Shown: piece by piece, positions 55,450 through 64,000 of the stretch
How positions within the stretch are numbered: the first letter of the stretch is position 1
Layout of the letters: the number at the start of each line of letters is the position of its first letter
Source of the DNA: a virus
Virus record (IMG/VR): IMGVR_UViG_3300044712_002690
Span: 64,001 to 128,000 of that record
Length of the DNA: 64,000 nt
Reading direction: 5' to 3' (one strand)
Notes under the pieces: model-generated
What the model saw: the letters and a program-made list of their open reading frames with translations, nothing else
Database searches by the model: none
What the model was told of the DNA's origin: nothing
Translations under genes and position numbers: made by a program

Positions 55450-58400
55450 TTAATATATTCTATATTTAGATCCAGTTGAATATATATTCATTGCACTATT
55501 AGAAGGAATTGTTTGTGAAGTTTCGTCTTCAATTGTTTCAGCACCAGTGCAAATAACATATATATCTCCAGGTGAATTATTGTCAATTATAAATTCTCTT
55601 CCTGTGTTTCCAATAGCTGTAGGAAGTGTTAGAGTTTTTCCTGCAGCTGTAACTAATAAAATCCTATCAGTTATATTAATATTATAATCTGTAGATATAG
55701 TTTTAAGTGCTTGAGGTTGTGGGGAACCTAATGATGCTATAATAGATCCAGATTGAGAAGCACTAAATGTTACTGTAAAAGCATTAACTGTACTATGCGT
55801 TATGGTATATGGAATAAATACTACACCAGTAGAAGTAATAACTTGTACTATTGGATATGATCCAAAATTATGAGTTACTGTTACAGATGTTTGAGTTGTA
55901 AATGTAGTTAATGAATAATCATTTTCGGATGCCCCAGTTGGAGTAGCCCAGTTTCCTGTTCCATCTAAAAATTGACTTGAATTAGCTGACAATCTGGGTA
56001 AAAACCCATGACCTGTACTTGTAGCATTCCATGTTGTAACATCATTTAAAAATAAATGAGTTTCTTGAATAGGAATAATATCACTATAATGATACCCATC
56101 CCAATAATCAGCATTTAATAAAGTAACTACAGTGTTTGATGCTACAGTAAAAGGAGAAGTTCCAGGAGATACGTCACTTCTAAATGTTTCAGCTCTTATT
56201 TGGAAGGAGCCTGCGTCCCAATTAGCTGATAAAGGTCTTGTTCCATTAGCTAATAAATATTGTGTATGATCATCACTAGTTAATCCAGTTAATAAACTAT
56301 GATTAGTTACTATTGCGGTATCTCTTGGGTGCACATGATCAGCTCTAGCAATTGTATCTAATGAACCTGTGCTAGATACACCGTTCATTTTTATATTACC
56401 AGAAGATGTTTCAAAATTTTGATTAAATGCAGTATTTTGAGATATACCCGTTATTGTAGTTGTTCCAGTAAATTGTGCAAATTGTCCAGTTGATCCAGTA
56501 CCTGTAATAGGATTTGTTAAAGCTTCTTGTTTATTATTAAATGTTATATAACCAGCAGAAGTTAAATAACCGGCTTGTGTTGTAGAAGCAGGTTGAGTAG
56601 CTATTGTATATCCGGCTGATGTTAAATGATAATATTCATCAGTAGTTCCACCTTGTAGACCAGATAAACCATTGTGTATATAAGTAGAAGATAAAGATAT
56701 TGACTCTGTTATACTATCAATTTGTGTAGCTGTAGAATCACCTTTTTTAACTATAATTCTTCCAATTAAAATACCAAAGGATGCAGTTAATGAAGGGAGT
56801 TGTGCTGGTGGTTTGCTATTAATAGCTTCAGCTAATACATAGTTTCCTTGTCCTAATACAATAACAGGTCTGTTATTTTGTTGTGATACACCTCTATAAA
56901 CCCAGTTAACTGCATATCTATTTGGATTAAGAGCGACTCTATTTAATCCATTATCATAGTAAGTATTATCATACTGAGTAGTAGTTGTTCTTGTCCATAC
57001 TCCTCCAACATGATACCAAAGAGCAATCTCTTGTCCAGGTGTAGAAGAATTTATAGGAACTAATGATGTGTAGCAAGCTCCGTACCAAACATTACCACTT
57101 GTAATAGTAACATATCTTGTTGCAGCTTCGCCTAATTTTAAACCACCTTGTTCTGGACTAAATCTTTCTGTTTTAACTAAACGATGACAAAGTTTATTTG
57201 CTAAACCATTTGCCATTTCATCCCAATCAAGATATAAAATAACTCCTGAAAGATTATAAACAGTAGCAATAGGAATAATATCACTTTGGTTAATCGGGGC
57301 TACTGTATCAATCAATTCAATAATTGGATTTCCACTATTGTAATTAGCTACAACATAATGGGATATTCCATCATCTGGAACTATAAAAGTATTTCCAGAA
57401 ATAGTATATCTATTTAATGTTGCAGTTAAATAGTCACTAGTAGAATATATTAAATAGTCACCTTGACTAACAATGATAATACCAGTGCTAGTAGATATTG
57501 TTGGTTTAATTAAACCACCCGCATTATCGTAATAAATTGATTCAGGTAACTCATCTATATGGTCAAATTCAGGATGTACTACACCGCTACTGGATAATTT
57601 TTCAACACAAACTCTACCAATGTATACACAATGATCTCTAAGAAGAATCGGTGTTGTAGGGGGTAATTCATTAAAAGACTCATCTTCATTGTAAAACTGT
57701 GTTCTGCCAAGAGTATAAAAAACTTGTTTAACATCTCCTATACTTCTATAAAAAAATCTATTTGCATATCTATGTTCAGTTAATTCAATAGTACCAGTAG
57801 ATCCTTGATAATTTGTATTACCATAAACAAGTCTATCTTCATAAACCCAACCAGTACTAGTATAAGTAACTCGAGTTAGTTGATCAGTGCTAGAATTAAA
57901 ATCTTGAACAACAATTGATGTAGCTCCTACATATACAAGACCACCAGAAACAAGAACAGTTCTTGGTGAAGGAGTCGATGTTACAGATAAAATTAATCCA
58001 CCATCAATAGATCTTCTGTAGGGTTCTGTATTATATAAAGATCTATTTGTTTTTGAAACAAGACCTAATCCAAATTCTCCTTGATCAACAGAATGTATAG
58101 TATTACCTTGTCTCCAACAGACAAATATTGTAAAAATATTACTGCCATTAATTAGGGTCTTATCATTTTCTAATCTTATGATAGGAATACCTGAGTTATA
58201 ATCAACGACTATATACTGCTCTATTCCATCAGTAAGAGTGAATGTACCACTTGCAATTGTATATTTGTGCAGTAATCCTGAAAAATCTGTAGTTGAATAT
58301 ACATAAGCATCGAATGAATTTACTGTAGCAGTCCCATCTCCATTATCTGTTAATATAGTCGAAGTAACTGGTCCCGCATTTCTATGAGAATAAGCTACTA

Positions 58401-59073
58401 AATTTTCTAATGTTATTTTTTTCTTAGAAAAAGAATCAATTGAATCTTCTAAAAGGACAATGTCTTCTTCATTTATATTTAATTTTTCTGTAAATGAATT
58501 AAAATCTCCTGAAGAAGTATTTAAAAAATAGGATTCATGGTGTCCATCAAGTGTATCAGCATTTCCGCTGGAAGTAGAATATCCAGAAGTTGTTGAATAC
58601 CCTGATGAGGTTGAATAATTTGAAGTATTAGAGTTATTAGAATACCCAGAAGAAGTTGCAAAATCTGCAGTGGCCGAAGTTATTGAACTTAAAGCAAATC
58701 CAGAAGAAACTGCATATCCAGAAGAGGTAGAATAATCTGATGCATTTACAATACCATCATCATTGGTATCATAAACTAATTTGGTCATATCACCAGAACC
58801 TGCTCCTAATGAAGCATAAAGATGTTTACCTGTTGAAGTATTCCAAATTAAAATTCTTCCATTTGCTTTTGCAGAAGAATCAACATCAGAGAGATCAGAT
58901 AAATTATGATTATGTCCAGTTGAACTAAAAAATGTAGAATCATATCCATCTAACTTATCAGAATTACCACTAGTCATCGAATATCCGCTACTTGTAACAA
59001 AACCACTACTAGTAGTAACAGAGGAACCTCTTTGTAAAAAAAGTCTCTGTGTTGTATTATAAATAGATTTCAT
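55450..59073 (-). CDS. Long tail-fibre-like protein
   Basis: ADxLDG and RADHVHP tail-fibre motifs; STSSGY repeats. Confidence 0.7.
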   Translation of the reverse strand: MKSIYNTTQRLFLQRGSSVTTSSGFVTSSGYSMTSGNSDKLDGYDSTFFSSTGHNHNLSDLSDVDSSAKANGRILIWNTSTGKHLYASLGAGSGDMTKLVYDTNDDGIVNASDYSTSSGYAVSSGFALSSITSATADFATSSGYSNNSNTSNYSTSSGYSTTSGYSTSSGNADTLDGHHESYFLNTSSGDFNSFTEKLNINEEDIVLLEDSIDSFSKKKITLENLVAYSHRNAGPVTSTILTDNGDGTATVNSFDAYVYSTTDFSGLLHKYTIASGTFTLTDGIEQYIVVDYNSGIPIIRLENDKTLINGSNIFTIFVCWRQGNTIHSVDQGEFGLGLVSKTNRSLYNTEPYRRSIDGGLILSVTSTPSPRTVLVSGGLVYVGATSIVVQDFNSSTDQLTRVTYTSTGWVYEDRLVYGNTNYQGSTGTIELTEHRYANRFFYRSIGDVKQVFYTLGRTQFYNEDESFNELPPTTPILLRDHCVYIGRVCVEKLSSSGVVHPEFDHIDELPESIYYDNAGGLIKPTISTSTGIIIVSQGDYLIYSTSDYLTATLNRYTISGNTFIVPDDGISHYVVANYNSGNPIIELIDTVAPINQSDIIPIATVYNLSGVILYLDWDEMANGLANKLCHRLVKTERFSPEQGGLKLGEAATRYVTITSGNVWYGACYTSLVPINSSTPGQEIALWYHVGGVWTRTTTTQYDNTYYDNGLNRVALNPNRYAVNWVYRGVSQQNNRPVIVLGQGNYVLAEAINSKPPAQLPSLTASFGILIGRIIVKKGDSTATQIDSITESISLSSTYIHNGLSGLQGGTTDEYYHLTSAGYTIATQPASTTQAGYLTSAGYITFNNKQEALTNPITGTGSTGQFAQFTGTTTITGISQNTAFNQNFETSSGNIKMNGVSSTGSLDTIARADHVHPRDTAIVTNHSLLTGLTSDDHTQYLLANGTRPLSANWDAGSFQIRAETFRSDVSPGTSPFTVASNTVVTLLNADYWDGYHYSDIIPIQETHLFLNDVTTWNATSTGHGFLPRLSANSSQFLDGTGNWATPTGASENDYSLTTFTTQTSVTVTHNFGSYPIVQVITSTGVVFIPYTITHSTVNAFTVTFSASQSGSIIASLGSPQPQALKTISTDYNINITDRILLVTAAGKTLTLPTAIGNTGREFIIDNNSPGDIYVICTGAETIEDETSQTIPSNSAMNIYSTGSKYRIY

Positions 59074-59103
59074 TCAACTTAATCCTTACCAGGAACCTAT
59101 ATA

Positions 59104-62100
59104 TTAAAATGCCCTTTCAGCTGTAAATTGTACATTCCATTTAGATGCTGTAACATTACCATAACTGTTGGCATCTAGTCTTTGTATACTGAACGAAGTA
59201 TTTACACCACCTTTGAATAAAAAAGTATTTCGTCTTAATTGTGTAGGAACAGGAACATTGACTGCTGATGTGCCGTCTGTCATTGTTAGTGGAGATTTAT
59301 CACCGGGGAAATATCCATATTCACTACTAACATTAATTATGTAACCAGTAGGAAAATATTTTCTAGTTCCAAGATTATGAGAAAATGATACAGTAGTATT
59401 TGCTGCTGGACAAGCTGTTTCTGCTGATTCATATCTTCCATTATAAGCATATGTTGTTACGGAATTAACAGTAGTCGCTAATATTGTAGCAGTTGTTATA
59501 TGGCATGTAACATTCGCTGCATTTAAAGCAGTTGTATTTCCTACAAAGTTTCCATCGCTCTTCATTACAGTTAGATAAGTAAATAAAATATGCGATGCTG
59601 TAGGAGCAGGAACAGCAGCTAAAGCTAGTGCTTCGCTAGCGTAACCAGCAGCATTACCAGCAGCATCTTTTGAATGTACTGTACCATCAACTCCTATTTC
59701 CCAACCAAATAATCCCCACTTACCACTTGGAACTGTTGTTGCTGTTAAGGTAGCAACTGCTGCTGCTTTATAATATCCAACTGAAGCAATTTGAAAGTAA
59801 AAGTTATTATGAACTACTCTTGCTGGTGTTATAACATCAATGATTGTTCCTGTACTAGTTATAACTCCATCTGTTGATACTCTTCCTGTTTGACATTCAC
59901 CCATAAAAGTACGATATTTTTGTGTCCAACCAGCAGTAGGATTTCCTTCGTACATTTTATACTTAATTGTATCAAACCAATGTACTGTTGGGGCAGTTAA
60001 ATCAGTAGGAGGAGTAAATGTAGTAGTCCATCTTGCATAAGGTTCGAATTGGAAATTGTCTATATATCCTGTCGCAGGAACAGAACCAGCCCCAGAATAC
60101 CCAAGTCTGAAATATTGATGTGTAAATATTTGTAATGCAGAAGAAGCTATTTGATCTAAAACACCGTCAATGAAGAATCTATAACAAGTTCCATCAAACA
60201 CTATGGCGCTATGGTACCAAGTTGCATTACTGTAAGTTGTATCATAACCAGCAAGAGCATTAGCAATATTCCAAGTTGATGCGTCACTGGATAGATAATA
60301 AGTCAATCTATTGGTTGCAAAAGTAATACCTAAACTCACATCTGCACTGGCATTGATAAGAGATTGTGTTCCTGAAGCGGAATCTAGTCTCCACCAAAAA
60401 TGAATTGTCCATTTTGAGGGTAAATTATATGGTACAGGTAACTGTACATATCCATTAGTTCCAGCCACTCTAATTGATGAAGAGCCAGATTTAAACTGAG
60501 CAGTTGAAATTGTACAGTTTGCCGCTGAAAATACAGCAGTATTACCCATTAAATCAGTGTAAGAGGTTGCTCCATTCGTACCTTCAAATGTAGCACAAAT
60601 AGACTGACCTTTATATCCTATATAAGATTGATCATATACGGGAGGATATAAATTAAAATTAAATGTACCGTCTCCATAATCTGGACGCAATTCATCAGTA
60701 GTATCGCAATAAATAAAAGGAGTAGCATATTCAGTTAGAGATCCTACACCATAATAATTAGGGAAATATCTAACAAAATCTACAGGACCGTTATAACTAT
60801 TACCTCCAGCAAAAGTAATACCAAACGGTGTTGAACCACCAAGTCCCTCTACAAAATCATTATCTAATGTAATAGTTAGACCACTTCCATATGTATACGC
60901 TGCTGTAGATAAAATACTTGGTACATTACTAGTATTTTTTCCATATATGACTGTTTGTCTTTTTATAGGAGCACAGGGAATAGCAATAGGTGACCAATAT
61001 GTAGGTAAATCTATTTCAAAGTCAGAGCCCGATGTATGAGTAGAATACGCAATATATAATTGTTCTCCATACCTAACAAGAGAATATGCAACATATTCTG
61101 TACTTGCTGCCCATTGTGGGAAACGAACACCTTGAGAAGTAATACCTAAAGTAAATCCATATATAAGTTTTTTACTATAAGAATCTTCAGAATCCTCTAT
61201 TAATAAAACATCAGTTTCTACTAATTTATTTTTATTTGTTAAATTTACAATTTCACTACTTACAGATTTATGAAAAGCATCAGCATCACCTGTGCTACTA
61301 AAGAAATTACTTACAAGTATTTTCTTTTTGTTATATGAATCATTACTATCCTCTATTAAAAGAATGTCGTTGTTTTCTGGAGTAACTTTTAAAGTTAAAG
61401 CATTAAGCTCGCTAGATATAGCTTTATGAAATACAGCTGTATCTGTTGCTTTAGTTGTGTCAGATGGGTGTCGGTGATCACCTCTAGTTACTGTATTTAA
61501 AGACCCTGCCCAACCTGCACCATCCATTTGCAGATTGCCATCTGTAATTTCAATCTGCAAATAATCATCTACTCTATCTAATGCACTTTGTACAGTAGTT
61601 TGTGATGTTGTAAAAAATCCATTAAAGTTAGTAGTGTCAGTATTAACCATAGAAGCGGAAATAGTAGTAGTTGGTGAACCTAATACTGAACCTGATACTG
61701 TAGCTACACGAACATTTAAGAAAGTAGCATCTACTAATCTCATTCTATTTTGATTAAACCCAGCAGTAGTGTTATAATGAAAGGTAAGCCTATAGAATGG
61801 TACAACTTCTTGGATACTAAGTCCAGCTAATCCTACTAAATTTGCAAATTGAAATGCTGCTTCTCCGAGTGTAGTTGTTAATGTCGCACTAGTGGATTGA
61901 CCTTGTCCTAATATAGCTATTACAGGTTCGCTAGTTGTATTAGTAGCACATAGATATATAGGAAAATATCTATTTGCTGTCATGGCAGAAAATCCGCCAG
62001 CAATAGCATTGTTAAATTGATAAGTTGCTGTAGCTATTGTTGCTGCAGTAATAGCAGCACCACCAGAAACACCAACAAAGTCAGTAGTAGTTAATTTTCT

Positions 62101-63618
62101 CCATGTATAATTTGAACCACTAACATTTGAAATGTAGTAAACAGGTATTCTGGCACCTACTACAATAGCATCACCAGAAGCTAATCCTGTAACAGTAGAA
62201 ACAGTAAATGAAGTTCCAGTTCCTCCTGCACTAATTGTAGTTGTACCTCTAACAGTAGTTGTATTACCTTGCATTACTGTTATAGCTTGGCCTGTAACTA
62301 ACGTTCTACTTGTTGTAAATACTATAGTAGTTGTGTTTGTTCCAGTTGTAGCTAATGCAGTAAAGCCCAAAAATTGATTTACAGTTAGATTCCAATCTGT
62401 TGATGGTGTTGTTACTGTAGAAGATATTGATGCATCTGTATGTGCAATATTATTTAATATATCTTCGTCATAAAAAGCGCCACCAGAAATTTGAACTTGT
62501 GCTCTTCCAAAATTATTATCTGTGTTAGTTGAAAAAGCAGTTAATCCATTGTATTGACTAAAGAGTAAACCTGACTTATAGACAGCTCCTTGAGCATGAT
62601 TACGAGCATGGTTAAAAATATCTCTACCAGCTGTATGCCTTTCTTCTCCTACCCAGGTAAAAGTAAGTGCATTTGCATTAAAATATGCGTCCCATAGCAA
62701 CACATCAGGATCATAAATATTCCAAGCTTGTTGTGAAAGTGCTAAAACAGGAGAATCTGCATTTGTAGTTGATTGTGAAATATAAAAGAACCAAGTACCT
62801 TCCGCAGATGTTTCTGTCTTTGTGTATGCAGCTATATTTCCTGAAGTAACAGTAAACTTTTTACCATTGATGTAATAACTAAATGAAGTGTTTGCACCTA
62901 CAAATGAAATAGTAGCAGTAACATATCCAATAAGTGCTGGTTGTGAATAAGTAAATGCAACTTTAAATTTGCCTCTTTCGCTCCAGGGAATACCTGTAGC
63001 AAGTTTTGTATCTGAACCATATGTAACAAAATTTCTATTTAGATTTCCTATAGTAACATCAGCAAATGTAAGTTCTCCAGTACTAGTAAGATCCTGAGGT
63101 AAACTTACAGTCACATTGCTTCCGACTAAAACACCTGTACCACCAGAAACAATTAATCCTGTTGAACCAAGTAGATTTCCTTTAGAAAAACTAGGTTCAC
63201 GTGAAGTATCAGTAGGATGTATATGATCTGATCTAGGAACATTACTTGAGGCCCCAATAGAAGCGGAGCCATTCATTTTTATATTAGATACAGATGTTTC
63301 AAAGTTTTGATTAAATGCAGTACTTTTTGCACCACCAGTTATTGTATGTGTACCATTAAACTCTGCATACTGTCCAGATGTTCCTGAACCTGTAATTTGA
63401 TTAACTACAGCACCTGTTATCTCACTCCATTGTGTATTACCAGTTCCGATTTTTTGATATAAAGTAGGATTACCAATTCCAGGCACATAAATAAGTAATG
63501 ATCCTACAGGTGCTATAAAACCAGATCCAGAAGTTGGGTCTGTGTCTGTATAAAGTATTCCAACAGTTTCGTTGATACTAAATCCGTGTTTACTATCAAA
63601 TGCATTTGAATAGGACAT
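59104..63618 (-). CDS. Long tail fibre / adhesin-like protein with carbohydrate-binding and LamG modules
   Basis: RSDHIHP, RGDHRHP, WAASTEYVAYSLVRY (CBM-like), LamG WYHSAIVFDG. Confidence 0.75.
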   Translation of the reverse strand: MSYSNAFDSKHGFSINETVGILYTDTDPTSGSGFIAPVGSLLIYVPGIGNPTLYQKIGTGNTQWSEITGAVVNQITGSGTSGQYAEFNGTHTITGGAKSTAFNQNFETSVSNIKMNGSASIGASSNVPRSDHIHPTDTSREPSFSKGNLLGSTGLIVSGGTGVLVGSNVTVSLPQDLTSTGELTFADVTIGNLNRNFVTYGSDTKLATGIPWSERGKFKVAFTYSQPALIGYVTATISFVGANTSFSYYINGKKFTVTSGNIAAYTKTETSAEGTWFFYISQSTTNADSPVLALSQQAWNIYDPDVLLWDAYFNANALTFTWVGEERHTAGRDIFNHARNHAQGAVYKSGLLFSQYNGLTAFSTNTDNNFGRAQVQISGGAFYDEDILNNIAHTDASISSTVTTPSTDWNLTVNQFLGFTALATTGTNTTTIVFTTSRTLVTGQAITVMQGNTTTVRGTTTISAGGTGTSFTVSTVTGLASGDAIVVGARIPVYYISNVSGSNYTWRKLTTTDFVGVSGGAAITAATIATATYQFNNAIAGGFSAMTANRYFPIYLCATNTTSEPVIAILGQGQSTSATLTTTLGEAAFQFANLVGLAGLSIQEVVPFYRLTFHYNTTAGFNQNRMRLVDATFLNVRVATVSGSVLGSPTTTISASMVNTDTTNFNGFFTTSQTTVQSALDRVDDYLQIEITDGNLQMDGAGWAGSLNTVTRGDHRHPSDTTKATDTAVFHKAISSELNALTLKVTPENNDILLIEDSNDSYNKKKILVSNFFSSTGDADAFHKSVSSEIVNLTNKNKLVETDVLLIEDSEDSYSKKLIYGFTLGITSQGVRFPQWAASTEYVAYSLVRYGEQLYIAYSTHTSGSDFEIDLPTYWSPIAIPCAPIKRQTVIYGKNTSNVPSILSTAAYTYGSGLTITLDNDFVEGLGGSTPFGITFAGGNSYNGPVDFVRYFPNYYGVGSLTEYATPFIYCDTTDELRPDYGDGTFNFNLYPPVYDQSYIGYKGQSICATFEGTNGATSYTDLMGNTAVFSAANCTISTAQFKSGSSSIRVAGTNGYVQLPVPYNLPSKWTIHFWWRLDSASGTQSLINASADVSLGITFATNRLTYYLSSDASTWNIANALAGYDTTYSNATWYHSAIVFDGTCYRFFIDGVLDQIASSALQIFTHQYFRLGYSGAGSVPATGYIDNFQFEPYARWTTTFTPPTDLTAPTVHWFDTIKYKMYEGNPTAGWTQKYRTFMGECQTGRVSTDGVITSTGTIIDVITPARVVHNNFYFQIASVGYYKAAAVATLTATTVPSGKWGLFGWEIGVDGTVHSKDAAGNAAGYASEALALAAVPAPTASHILFTYLTVMKSDGNFVGNTTALNAANVTCHITTATILATTVNSVTTYAYNGRYESAETACPAANTTVSFSHNLGTRKYFPTGYIINVSSEYGYFPGDKSPLTMTDGTSAVNVPVPTQLRRNTFLFKGGVNTSFSIQRLDANSYGNVTASKWNVQFTAERAF

Positions 63619-63627
63619 ATAAATACC

Positions 63628-64000
63628 TTAAAATGCTGTTGTCAATCTTGTTAATGAGTAGTCAATAATAGCAGAGCCTGTTAGTCTTAATCTAATTGTT
63701 CCACCGCTTATATCTACTGTAATATTTAAAGAAGAGATAGCTGTACCTAATGTATTTGCAGCAAATACTGTATAATCTAATAATGAACCATCTGTAACTG
63801 CTATTACTTTTCTAGTAGAAATATTTGTAGGCGTGCTTGTTTGTCTGATTGTAACCATCCATTCAACACTATTAAGATCAGTAACTGCAATAGTATCTGC
63901 TGTATATCCTGAACTTATATTTTTATTAGTTTCTTTCTTTTTATAAATTGCTACAGCATCTAATTTACCAATTGCAGCCCTTAAATCATCACCATCACTA
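63628..64000 (-). CDS. Virion structural protein, 5'-truncated by the window edge
   Basis: Frame stays open from the window end (SDGDDLRAAIGKLD...) to the stop at 63628. Confidence 0.6.
   Translation of the reverse strand, partial: SDGDDLRAAIGKLDAVAIYKKKETNKNISSGYTADTIAVTDLNSVEWMVTIRQTSTPTNISTRKVIAVTDGSLLDYTVFAANTLGTAISSLNITVDISGGTIRLRLTGSAIIDYSLTRLTTAF

Noticed and set aside
1349-58928. Short antisense or alternate-frame ORFs inside long genes (for example 1349-1558, 8077-8319, 26473-26826, 32468-32803, 54875-55162)
   Set aside because: Shadow ORFs fully nested in well-supported genes
51824-63618. Diversity-generating retroelement VR/TR pair
   Set aside because: Both similar regions are coding and differ at all base types; no reverse transcriptase in the window
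1-64000. Stop-codon reassignment or suppressor tRNA
   Set aside because: Conserved genes are full length in the standard code and end in TAA, TAG or TGA; no CUA, UUA or UCA anticodon tRNA found

Overview
This window is a fragment of a large, AT-rich, tailed dsDNA bacteriophage using the standard genetic code. From 1 to about 34.6 kb, mostly on the + strand, it carries a replication/recombination block (SSB, RuvC-like, UDG-fused family A DNA polymerase, beta clamp, RecA, DnaC-like, DnaB, DnaG). The same block holds a 7-deazaguanine DNA-modification cluster (queD, PRTase, queE, queC, DUF366, folE, queF, dpdA-like), a tubulin/FtsZ-like protein, two sigma-like factors, a GIY-YIG endonuclease and the large terminase. 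From about 34.6 to 64 kb on the - strand it carries a tRNA cluster with 23 recognisable tRNA genes (one with a group I intron), a Ro60/TROVE gene, small accessory genes, cell-wall enzymes and long mosaic tail-fibre-like genes. The most striking signal is around Ro60, which is flanked by five copies of a covarying Y-RNA-like module (GGUACGG...UUGAC). Three copies are free-standing. Two are closed by a GAAA tetraloop and grafted into the anticodon arm of otherwise complete tRNA scaffolds, and removing 52 nt from one of them restores a canonical tRNA-Ile(UAU) fold. The cluster also has three adjacent tRNAs (fMet-like, Trp, Gly) with long variable arms, a D-arm-deficient CAU tRNA-like element, a strong N73-CA 3'-end bias and several unexplained structured RNAs. 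All protein calls are by motif recognition and all RNA folds were done by hand; no database search was run.
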